25,331 bases of DNA from an uncultured virus (IMG/VR IMGVR_UViG_3300036822_000086) (Duplodnaviria; Heunggongvirae; Uroviricota; Caudoviricetes). Shown piece by piece: positions 15,838 through 23,381 of the stretch (positions within the stretch are counted from its first letter, which is position 1; each line of letters starts with the position of its first letter). Below the pieces are notes generated by a model. It searched no databases and was not told where the DNA came from. It saw nothing but the letters and a program-made list of their open reading frames with translations. A program made the position numbers and the translations under genes. The stretch lies in the IMG/VR virus record IMGVR_UViG_3300036822_000086. One strand, written 5' to 3'.

Positions 15838-16426
15838 GTTGCACCGCCTTTTGCGTTCTTCGGATCGCCTTCTTCAGTTTGAATGCTTCGTGCTCCATCT
15901 TGCGCAAGCGTGCGCGATGCTCGCGTTCCTGCGCGCCGCGCAGCCGCGATGTCTTGTGCGGAGATTCATCAGGGCAACAGCCCTCGCAATACCATTCCGA
16001 TTTGAACTGAATGCGCGCCGGACCGTCGCACCATGCGCACGCCGGCAAGCTGGCCGCATCCATGCTGACGCGCCCTGGCTTGCTCGGTTCACGAAACCGA
16101 TCGAGCATGATCGGTGGCACCACGCATTTGCACAGCGTCCGCAGCACCGCAATCACCGCCTGCTGATTCACCCGATTGGCGAAGCCGGAACTTTGATTTG
16201 GCGTCGCCGCCAATTCGGTCAGCGAGTAATCGAGCATTTCCACCGCTTGCTTGATCCGGTCGATCGCCCGTTGCTCGGCTTGCTCGCGTTCGGATTCCGG
16301 CGACGGCTTTTGATTGAATGAGAATTGCGCCAAGCTCACCGGCTTGCGCGCGCTCACTATCTTGGCAACGGAAAATTCTTGTTGCTCGCGCATGCGCTCG
16401 ATCACGTCCTTGCCGGGCTTGCTCAT
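15677..16426 (-). CDS. Hypothetical protein with CxxC...CxxC zinc finger
   Basis: ATGA overlap with the VRR-NUC stop; CAWC...YCEGC; 3' end overlaps the next gene by 161 nt. Confidence 0.65.
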   Translation of the reverse strand: MSKPGKDVIERMREQQEFSVAKIVSARKPVSLAQFSFNQKPSPESEREQAEQRAIDRIKQAVEMLDYSLTELAATPNQSSGFANRVNQQAVIAVLRTLCKCVVPPIMLDRFREPSKPGRVSMDAASLPACAWCDGPARIQFKSEWYCEGCCPDESPHKTSRLRGAQEREHRARLRKMEHEAFKLKKAIRRTQKAVQHVEGSGLGHVKGHGRHSREDAAHLEAGGRKENLVVGSTSAHLAGADGSGDAES

Positions 16427-16842
16427 GCCTGAATACTCACTCTCAGCGCGCCCCATTGCTTGAGCACATTCACCGCATCATCGAACCGATCGACGCAGGC
16501 GAACGGATAGCCGTGCTCCTGGCAATACGCGGCGAATGCAGCCTGCGAATCCGAGAGATCGCCCCCACGCCGCTTAAGCTCCAGAAAATGCGCCAGCGAC
16601 TTCGGCGCGGGCGACAGCAGGATGAAATCCGGCCAGCCGGCGACCACGCCCATGCGCTTGAGCTTGCCGGCGGTCGCGTCGGTGCGATACTCGCCAAGCG
16701 GCATATGTGTATACCGCCAATCGCGCGCGGCCCATTTTGACAAGATATCGGCCAACATGGCCTGCATCGAAAATTCAGGGGCCGGCGGCGGCCTCCGCAC
16801 CCGCTTGGTGAACAGGTCAATCTGGCCACGCCGTGGGCTCAT
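16423..16842 (-). CDS. VRR-NUC domain nuclease (Holliday-junction resolvase-like)
   Basis: KLKRMGVVAGWPDF...FLELKRRGGDLSDSQ; start moved to ATG 16842 (ATGA overlap). Confidence 0.9.
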   Translation of the reverse strand: MSPRRGQIDLFTKRVRRPPPAPEFSMQAMLADILSKWAARDWRYTHMPLGEYRTDATAGKLKRMGVVAGWPDFILLSPAPKSLAHFLELKRRGGDLSDSQAAFAAYCQEHGYPFACVDRFDDAVNVLKQWGALRVSIQA

Positions 16843-17024
16843 GCGCGCATCCTCTGCCGCGCCTTGCGCGTGCGCCAGCCCTTGAGCGAGGCCGCGCGGT
16901 AGCGCGCGCGCCGACACGGCAGACAATAGGTGAAGCCGACGCGAACGCGCATCCCGCAGGTCTGGCATTTGGCGCTGGTCGCTCGGTGCTTCATGGCCGG
17001 TGTTTCGTCGTGGAACGTTTCCAT
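16839..17024 (-). CDS. Small basic zinc-finger protein
   Basis: CQTCG...YCLPC. Confidence 0.7.
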   Translation of the reverse strand: METFHDETPAMKHRATSAKCQTCGMRVRVGFTYCLPCRRARYRAASLKGWRTRKARQRMRA

Positions 17025-17032
17025 CTGATTGA

Positions 17033-17347
17033 TTACGGCCGCCTTTCCAGCCGGTAGCGACCATTGACGTTGCCGGCGCGCGCCGACACGATGCGATAGC
17101 CGGCGTGCGCGATCTCGCTGTTGAGTTGCGTGATATGGGCTTTCAACGCGCTGTACTGGCGGCCATTAGCGCGCGACCACTTGCGATCGTCGGCATACAA
17201 CAGCGCGAACAGGTCGGCCGAGTCGATGCCCTCTTGGCCCGCCCGACAGAGCAAGTCGTAGAGCGCCGCCTTGATCGGGGCGAGCTTCACCCCGAGCCGG
17301 AATTCCGGCAGCGTCTGATTGCAGTATGGGCAGCGACGCTGACGCAT
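17033..17347 (-). CDS. Winged-helix DNA-binding protein (OmpR C-terminal-like) with N-terminal CxxC
   Basis: CPYCNQ, LYDLL, LFALLY, LKAHITQLN, GRYRL wing. Confidence 0.8.
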   Translation of the reverse strand: MRQRRCPYCNQTLPEFRLGVKLAPIKAALYDLLCRAGQEGIDSADLFALLYADDRKWSRANGRQYSALKAHITQLNSEIAHAGYRIVSARAGNVNGRYRLERRP

Positions 17348-17604
17348 CAGTCGCGCCCGCGCTTGGGATAGAGATCAGGCCGTAATGTGCTCCGCGAGAT
17401 GCGCGAGATACGCGCCACCGCGAGCACGTGCGCCGCAGGTACCTTCGTCCATTTCGATGTTGCCTGCCGCTGCAAGCCAAGCTCGCGCGCGATCTTCGCC
17501 AGCATCCCCGGCCGCTTGCGCAGCGCTGCTATGCCCCCGTCGGCTGTCGCCTGTGTGTTGACGCGCGCGTGCGCGCCGTTCCCGCCCCGTGTAACCGGTG
17601 CCAT
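17347..17604 (-). CDS. Cro/YdaS-like HTH regulator
   Basis: KIARELGLQRQATSKWTKVP...LRPDLY signature; first gene of the leftward arm. Confidence 0.88.
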   Translation of the reverse strand: MAPVTRGGNGAHARVNTQATADGGIAALRKRPGMLAKIARELGLQRQATSKWTKVPAAHVLAVARISRISRSTLRPDLYPKRGRD

Positions 17605-17642
17605 CCATGCCTCTTAGAACTCGGGAACCAACCGCCGCTTAG

Positions 17643-17656
17643 CTATCAAACGATAG
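17643..17656. promoter_or_regulatory. Palindromic operator CTATC-N4-GATAG (copy 2)
   Basis: CTATCAAACGATAG overlaps the -10 box of the predicted cro promoter. Confidence 0.6.
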
Positions 17657-17678
17657 GGGACCGGCTTGCGACCGGCAA
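17650..17678 (-). promoter_or_regulatory. Predicted cro promoter
   Basis: TTGCCG-17nt-TATCGT. Confidence 0.5.
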
Positions 17679-17733
17679 CGCAAAATTTTACATCTTCCAA
17701 ATCACAGCCATGCACAGACGTGGCAACCAAAGG

Positions 17734-17762
17734 TGGACGCGACAAATATGCTGCGCTAGGCT
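17734..17762 (+). promoter_or_regulatory. Predicted promoter of the recombination operon
   Basis: TGGACG-17nt-TAGGCT (same -10 hexamer as 430-435). Confidence 0.5.
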
Positions 17763-17817
17763 TCCGCCGCTGCTGATTCTCGTTTTTACCGCATTACCAA
17801 ATGGAGCTTGCGCCCCG

Positions 17818-18795
17818 GTGAGCATCGAGCGCATTGCCATCACGTCGCGCGAGCAGTGGCTGTCGCTGCGCATGCAAGACATAACCGCGAGCGATGTCGC
17901 CATCGTCTGCGGCGAGGCCGCCTATGGCTCACAAGCTGAACTGTATGCCGAGAAAAAAGGACTACGGCCGCCGTTGACCGACAATCCGGTGTTGCGGCGC
18001 GGTCGGTGGGACGAGCCGGCAGTGTTCGAAGCGCTCGCCGAGTACAAGCCGCACTGGGAACTGACCCGCGCCAAGATTTACCTACGCGATCCCGAGTTGC
18101 GCTTGGGCGCCACGCCGGACGGGTTTGCGCTCGCGCCCGAGCACGACGGCCCCGGCATAGTACAGGCAAAGTCCGTCAGCCGTTTCGTCTTTCGCAATCG
18201 CTGGATGGTCGATCCCGGTGAAATGGTTGACTACGGCGAGGCCGATCCGCCACCCTATTACATCCTGCAAACACTGACCGAAATGATGCTGAGCGGCGCC
18301 AATTGGGGCGTGCTCGCTGTGATCATCAAAGGCGAATTCGACGCCTCGTTTAGAATGTTTCCAATCGATCGCGACCCGGGGCTCGAATACATCATCAAAG
18401 ATAGCGTGCGCATCTTCTGGAATGACTATCTCGACCCTTGCATCATGCCGCCGTTCGATCCGCAGCGGGACTCGGAACTGATCAAACTGTTGTACCGCGC
18501 CGACAAAGGCACCAGCATCGATCTAACCTATGACAACCGCGCGCTTGAATTGGTCGATGACTTGACCGAATTGCAAGCCGCGCGCAAGCGCATTACCAAA
18601 CAGGAAACCGAGATCAAGAACGAGTTACAAGCCAAGCTCGGCGACAACACGTTCGGCAATCTGCGCGATGGCCGTTGCCTATCGTGGAAGACACAGCCGC
18701 GCCGTGCCTACACCGTGCCGGCATCGGCGCCGCGCGTGCTGCGCATTCTCAAACATAAACCGCAACCACAGGAGCAATCCGAAGATGTCGAATAA
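17818..18795 (+). CDS. YqaJ-like viral recombinase exonuclease (lambda exo family)
   Basis: EQWLSLR..ITASD, LYAEK, RRG..E, ATPDG, VQAK, YILQ; GTG start after GGAG. Confidence 0.92.
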   Translation: MSIERIAITSREQWLSLRMQDITASDVAIVCGEAAYGSQAELYAEKKGLRPPLTDNPVLRRGRWDEPAVFEALAEYKPHWELTRAKIYLRDPELRLGATPDGFALAPEHDGPGIVQAKSVSRFVFRNRWMVDPGEMVDYGEADPPPYYILQTLTEMMLSGANWGVLAVIIKGEFDASFRMFPIDRDPGLEYIIKDSVRIFWNDYLDPCIMPPFDPQRDSELIKLLYRADKGTSIDLTYDNRALELVDDLTELQAARKRITKQETEIKNELQAKLGDNTFGNLRDGRCLSWKTQPRRAYTVPASAPRVLRILKHKPQPQEQSEDVE

Positions 18796-19930
18796 TGATT
18801 TGGACCGCACTGATCAGCGCAAAGCACTAGACGAGTTCGCCAACGCTGGCGCTCAACGGAATCAACCGCCGAGCGGCGCGGCGCTGGTGCGACCAACGTC
18901 CGGGATCGCCGAGCGGGTGATCGGTGCCCAGCCGGTCGCGGTGCAACGAGACGAGAAGGCAATACTTGCCAAACTCTCGGCTCTTGCGGCTGCGGCCGGT
19001 TCGGATTGGTTCTACCGATTCCCGGTGAACAATCAGGACGGTACGAAGGGCTATGTCGAAGGGCCCTCGATCAAGCTCGCGAATTCCGTCGCCCGCATCT
19101 ACGGCAATTGCATTAACGAAGTTCGCGAGATCGACGTCGGCGACGCGTGGGTGTTCTATGCCCGGTTCACCGACGTCGAAACCGGGTTCTCGATGGAGCG
19201 CGCCTATCGCCAGCGCAAGGGCCAGCGCAGCCTGAAGACCAAGGACGCCGATCGGCAACTCGATATCGCCTACCAAATCGGTCAAAGCAAAGCGATCAGG
19301 AATTGCATCGTCAACGCGCTGGAAATCTATTGCGAATTTGCATTTCAGGAAGCCATGGATTCGCTGGTCAACAAGATCGGCAAGGACTTGGCAGGCTGGC
19401 GTGACCGCACCATTCAGGGCATCAGGAACATGGGAATCGACGTGCATCGCGTCGATCGCGTCATCGGCCGCCCGGCCAAGGATTGGTTGGCCGGCGACGT
19501 GGCTCGCGTGATCGCGATGATGAAATCGGTCGCCGACGGCATGGCCGACGTGAACGAAACGTTCCCCGCCGATCAACAGGTGCAGACACCGCAACAGCAA
19601 TCACCGCAAACCGGCGCCGCTGATCCGCCCCCCCGGGAGGACAGCACCGCCGGGGCGGGCTCGTCGCCCTCTAGCCGAGAACACGACGGGCCCGCCGCTG
19701 ATGCTAACCGGGACCAATCAACTGACGCCGATGAAGCACCCGGCGACAGGCCCGAGGAAGACGTCGAAACCGACGCCCAAGCCGCCAACCTACGCGCCGC
19801 GTTCATCGCCGGGCAGAGCGCGCGCCGTGCTGGCGTGCAGCGCCGCGCCGTGCCGCCCGAGTACCGCGCGCGCGAGCGCTCGGCCGACGCCAAATCCTGG
19901 CTCGATGGTTGGGACGCGGGCGGTGAATGA
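18785..19930 (+). CDS. Putative single-strand annealing protein with acidic linker and RMF-like C-terminal motif
   Basis: Coupled to the YqaJ gene; EGPSIKLA...YGN...D.ETG...SKAIRNCI motifs; function inferred from position. Confidence 0.75.
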   Translation: MSNNDLDRTDQRKALDEFANAGAQRNQPPSGAALVRPTSGIAERVIGAQPVAVQRDEKAILAKLSALAAAAGSDWFYRFPVNNQDGTKGYVEGPSIKLANSVARIYGNCINEVREIDVGDAWVFYARFTDVETGFSMERAYRQRKGQRSLKTKDADRQLDIAYQIGQSKAIRNCIVNALEIYCEFAFQEAMDSLVNKIGKDLAGWRDRTIQGIRNMGIDVHRVDRVIGRPAKDWLAGDVARVIAMMKSVADGMADVNETFPADQQVQTPQQQSPQTGAADPPPREDSTAGAGSSPSSREHDGPAADANRDQSTDADEAPGDRPEEDVETDAQAANLRAAFIAGQSARRAGVQRRAVPPEYRARERSADAKSWLDGWDAGGE

Positions 19931-20136
19931 TGCGCAGCCTCACGTCTGCCGAACGCGTCACCCAGCAATTGCTGGATTGGCTGCAAACCAACGGCACTGA
20001 TTCCACGGATGCGATACCAGCTTTGCTGGTGACGGCGGCCAAGCTGGCGGCGCACGATCATCCCAGCCTACACGAAAGCATGGTCACGATCCTGCGTACG
20101 GCGATCGAGGAAGAACGCAAGAGGGCATTGGCATGA
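19927..20136 (+). CDS. Hypothetical protein
   Basis: ATGA overlaps at both ends. Confidence 0.75.
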   Translation: MMRSLTSAERVTQQLLDWLQTNGTDSTDAIPALLVTAAKLAAHDHPSLHESMVTILRTAIEEERKRALA

Positions 20137-20582
20137 GCAACAATCCACTTGGCGAAGATTGGTTTGACTGTTTCCGCGAGGCGATTGCTGCAAACGATGG
20201 CGCGGCAGTATGCACCGTCGAGATGATTCCGGTCGATCACCTCGATGCCATGATGGAGGCTGCGGAGGGCGGCGACGAAGACGCGCGGAAAAATATCGTC
20301 GTATTCGCGAACTGGGTCAGAAATATCGATCAGGCGGCCAAACAGAACGTGCGCCCGGCTTGCTTCCAATGCGGGCGGGCCCTGACGACGATCGAGGACG
20401 GCGGGGATGGGCTTGGCGGGATCGCCATCATCTCTCCGACAGCCAAGACGGGCGAGGCAACGGAAGGCGCAGTGGCCGCGTTCTGTCCAGCCTGCAAAAA
20501 TCTCGGCCCGTGGGCTCTGATGCCGAAACTGCGCGAGGCCATGCAGGACGAAATTGGTGTCGATACGTTCGAGATTCAGTGA
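20133..20582 (+). CDS. Zinc-binding hypothetical protein
   Basis: CFQCG...FCPAC. Confidence 0.8.
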   Translation: MSNNPLGEDWFDCFREAIAANDGAAVCTVEMIPVDHLDAMMEAAEGGDEDARKNIVVFANWVRNIDQAAKQNVRPACFQCGRALTTIEDGGDGLGGIAIISPTAKTGEATEGAVAAFCPACKNLGPWALMPKLREAMQDEIGVDTFEIQ

Positions 20583-20590
20583 AGGACACC

Positions 20591-20821
20591 ATGACCGACG
20601 ACTTGTTGACCATATGGGTGATTTATCATTCGCCTTCGGACTTCCCGGGCAAATGGGTGCTGCGCGGGCAGGACGCATTGCCCGGCCGCGTGGTCCGGCC
20701 GCACGCGAATGGCTTTATCTGCGAAACGTTGGAGCAGGCGCGCAAACATGTGCCGCCCGGCTTGGCGATGCTGACACGCCACCCCGATGATGATCCGGTG
20801 ATTTATGAAGTCTGGCTCTGA
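20591..20821 (+). CDS. Small phage protein (W.IY.SP.D.PG..V.R...EVW), copy 1
   Basis: AAGGA RBS before ATG 20591; paralog at 21855. Confidence 0.85.
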   Translation: MTDDLLTIWVIYHSPSDFPGKWVLRGQDALPGRVVRPHANGFICETLEQARKHVPPGLAMLTRHPDDDPVIYEVWL

Positions 20822-21110
20822 CACGCCGCTGACAAGCCTGACAAACCCCGACGTGCTGGAAATCGTGGCGCTGGTGGAGCAGATTCGCCCGCTCCTGGCC
20901 GGTCGCGAGCCAGATATCGTTGGTGGCGCGCTCGCCGACTTGCTGGCGACTTGGCTCGCCGGCTTTAGAGTTCTTGACAATCCCAAAGCGACCACCGAGT
21001 TCCGCGAAGCAATGCTGCAAATGCATCTTGAGTGCATGCGCCCGCTGATCGCGATCAACGAGAAGGAACAAGATGCCCGAAGATCACACACTCGGCGACG
21101 CGCCGATTGA
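20805..21110 (+). CDS. Hypothetical protein
   Basis: Helical ORF in the operon. Confidence 0.7.
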   Translation: MKSGSDTPLTSLTNPDVLEIVALVEQIRPLLAGREPDIVGGALADLLATWLAGFRVLDNPKATTEFREAMLQMHLECMRPLIAINEKEQDARRSHTRRRAD

Positions 21111-21345
21111 GCAGAAATATCGCGACCAGATGCAACGGCTCGCGCGTGTCCTCGATTCAGTTTTGAACGACGGCGCCACGGGCGATGATCGCAAGACCGG
21201 ATTTTGCCTGATGATATTCCCGTTCGCAGACTTCGGCGGCCGCGCCAACTACATCAGCAACGCCAACCGCGACGACATTATCATCTTGCTCAAGGAACAG
21301 CTTGCCCGCTTCGAGGGACAGCCGGAACTGAAAGGCACGGCATGA
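21073..21345 (+). CDS. Phage hypothetical protein (GF.L..FPF...NYISNA.R.D)
   Basis: AAGGA RBS; recognisable motif. Confidence 0.85.
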   Translation: MPEDHTLGDAPIEQKYRDQMQRLARVLDSVLNDGATGDDRKTGFCLMIFPFADFGGRANYISNANRDDIIILLKEQLARFEGQPELKGTA

Positions 21346-21608
21346 GCTTCCGCGTCAAGTTCATCGATCGCGGCGTATCGCCCAAGCAACAACCGGACCC
21401 GGCGTATCCGCGCGGCATTGACCTTGATCTCACGCACGGGAACAAAGGCTGCAAAGAAAACCTGCCGTATCCGGCGCCGCGCTGCGGCTACTATGCTGTC
21501 GAGTGTAACAAGTGCGGGTTCAAAGCGATGATCACGGTCGCCGGGCGCCAGGATGATCCGCGCTCGATCAAGCTGCCCTGTAAAGACCGCGAGAAGGGCA
21601 CGGCATGA
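21342..21608 (+). CDS. Cys-rich small protein
   Basis: ATGA overlap; PAYPRGIDLD, PYPAPRCG, CNKCG. Confidence 0.8.
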   Translation: MSFRVKFIDRGVSPKQQPDPAYPRGIDLDLTHGNKGCKENLPYPAPRCGYYAVECNKCGFKAMITVAGRQDDPRSIKLPCKDREKGTA

Positions 21609-21862
21609 AGGCCGAGGACCAAACCGTGCTTGTTTGCTGTCGCGTGGCCGATATCGATCCGCCCGTGACCAGCAGCGTGGATAGCTGCGGCGAGTGCGGC
21701 AAGCCGGTGTGGCGCGCGCTGTCGTCGCCGGAAGTCGATTTAATTCTTTGTATGCAATGTGCCGAAGCGAAAATCCGCGCCGCCAAAGCTGCGGGTAAAG
21801 CAGTCGAGTTCGGAGAGATTACGGACGAGCAACGTAAGGAAATAGAAAAATATCATGGCTGA
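21605..21862 (+). CDS. Zinc-ribbon protein
   Basis: CGECGKPVW...CMQC. Confidence 0.8.
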   Translation: MKAEDQTVLVCCRVADIDPPVTSSVDSCGECGKPVWRALSSPEVDLILCMQCAEAKIRAAKAAGKAVEFGEITDEQRKEIEKYHG

Positions 21863-22091
21863 ACTTGTTGCCACCGTGTGGGCGATCTATCGCTCGCCAG
21901 CCAACGCGCCCGGGGCGTGGGTGCTGCGCGCGCATGACATCCGGCGCGGACAGCCGCCACAGGTACGGCCACAGATGATGCACGCCGATCGGCTGGCCAA
22001 CATCCGGCAAGCGTTACCAAGCGGCTTGGCCTGCATTCCGACCGAGATCGATTATCTGGCCACGCTGCATGAAGTGTGGGTGCCGGTATGA
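21855..22091 (+). CDS. Small phage protein, copy 2 (paralog of 20591-20821)
   Basis: TVWAIYRSPANAPGAWVLR...LP.GLA...EVW. Confidence 0.8.
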   Translation: MAELVATVWAIYRSPANAPGAWVLRAHDIRRGQPPQVRPQMMHADRLANIRQALPSGLACIPTEIDYLATLHEVWVPV

Positions 22092-22360
22092 AAACTATTC
22101 TCCCCGGCGACGTCCTGACCGAGATCAAACGCCAGTTAGATTGGCGCGGGCGCGCTGGTCAGTCGCAAAGCTTCATCACGATCACGCGCGGGCAAGCCGA
22201 AGCGCTGTTGCGCGCACCCGAGCTAATCAATCAAGCCATCGATGATGGCATCAAAGAATTTCTTCATGACGTGGCAGGAAAAGGCGAGATCGGGGAATTT
22301 TTCGACGCCGTCAAAAAGGCGCGAGACTTCGAAGACAAATTAAAAAAACGCGAGGACTGA
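22088..22360 (+). CDS. Hypothetical protein
   Basis: ATGA overlap. Confidence 0.75.
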   Translation: MKTILPGDVLTEIKRQLDWRGRAGQSQSFITITRGQAEALLRAPELINQAIDDGIKEFLHDVAGKGEIGEFFDAVKKARDFEDKLKKRED

Positions 22361-22361
22361 A

Positions 22362-22670
22362 ATGGCAACCCGCAGAATGCCGCAATCCAACTGTCCCGCG
22401 TGCGGTAAAGCGTTCACTGCCACCACCAACGCGGTCGGCGACGCAAGCCCCCGCGCGGGCGATTGGACGATGTGCATCGACTGCGGCGAGATGCTGGCAT
22501 TTGATGAAACACTCAAGCCGCGCGCGCTGACCGAAGACGAACAGCGCGAGGCCGCCGCCGATCCGCGCATTCGCAAACTGCAACACGCGCATCGCGTGAT
22601 GAAGCATTTGAAAGCTCGCCAATCCGAAGTAGCCAAGCCCACCCAGAGTTCAACACCACGGAGGAAGTAG
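22362..22670 (+). CDS. Zinc-finger protein
   Basis: CPACG...P..GD..CIDCG; GAGGA RBS. Confidence 0.8.
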   Translation: MATRRMPQSNCPACGKAFTATTNAVGDASPRAGDWTMCIDCGEMLAFDETLKPRALTEDEQREAAADPRIRKLQHAHRVMKHLKARQSEVAKPTQSSTPRRK

Positions 22671-22673
22671 ACG

Positions 22674-23012
22674 ATGACTGACCAATCTGCACAGCACCGC
22701 GAACCGCCGCGCCCGGCGGCCGTCAATCTACAGAAACTTTCCGATGACATGCGCGCCGAGCCGGCGCCATCACCGCCGCCGGAACAATTCAAGCCGCCGC
22801 ACATGCGTAGTTCGTTCCTGACAAACAAAGGCAGCAGCGATTTGAAAATGATTGCTGATTCGGTCAAAAGGTTGACTTGGGATGATTGCGAACGGTTCGG
22901 CGCGACCGTTGCAAAAAGTCTGACTAGCACTGAGAAGATAAGTGGTTCAGAAGTAGCGCGAGCGCTACAAATCGCTGCTGACGAATTGCGCGCGGTAACC
23001 GATGAAGCCTGA
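22674..23012 (+). CDS. Hypothetical protein
   Basis: GGAGG RBS. Confidence 0.75.
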   Translation: MTDQSAQHREPPRPAAVNLQKLSDDMRAEPAPSPPPEQFKPPHMRSSFLTNKGSSDLKMIADSVKRLTWDDCERFGATVAKSLTSTEKISGSEVARALQIAADELRAVTDEA

Positions 23013-23019
23013 TTCCACA

Positions 23020-23102
23020 CATGGCATGACGTGGCAGGCGAGGCAAGCCCTGGCGGGGCGCGGCACGCCGTGCCGCGACAAGCCAAGCCATGGCAGGCGC
23101 GC
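23020..23102 (+). repeat. Pentamer-phased array (CNNGV)n punctuated by CAGG
   Basis: catgg catga cgtgg CAGG cgagg caagc cctgg cgggg cgcgg cacgc cgtgc cgcga caagc caagc catgg CAGG cgcgc. Confidence 0.8.
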
Positions 23103-23105
23103 ATA

Positions 23106-23180
23106 AGCCGCGCGATCTAAGGGGCCTTAGATCGTGAGGCTCGCCGCCGCCGGACTTCAGTCACCCGTCCGGCGGCGGTG
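23106..23180 (+). other. Two adjacent strong hairpins
   Basis: CGCGATCTAAG-GGGC-CTTAGATCGTG (23111-23136) and CGCCGCCGCCGGAC-11nt-GTCCGGCGGCGGTG (23142-23180); no U-tract. Confidence 0.7.
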
Positions 23181-23198
23181 CTAACAACGGGGAGCTAA

Positions 23199-23381
23199 AT
23201 GGATTCGAAACAACAACGACTCAATGAATTGGCCGAAGAAATGTATTCAATTCTGTCCGAGGAACCGACGATGGACCTAGCCTCCATGCAACTGGCTGAT
23301 ATCTATCTCACGCTCATGCAGCGACTGATGGCCAAATTCGGCAATCCACCGCCGCCCAGCCGACGATTGGGGGTTCTCTGA
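23199..23381 (+). CDS. Hypothetical protein
   Basis: GGGAG RBS; TGATG overlap with the next gene. Confidence 0.7.
   Translation: MDSKQQRLNELAEEMYSILSEEPTMDLASMQLADIYLTLMQRLMAKFGNPPPPSRRLGVL

Noticed and set aside
17428..17817. 130-aa N-terminal extension of the YqaJ ORF in the ORF track
   Set aside because: It overlaps cro on the opposite strand and the promoter gap; the YqaJ motif starts right after GTG 17818, which has an RBS
23020..23180. CRISPR array
   Set aside because: No identical 23-47-nt repeats with unique spacers and no cas genes
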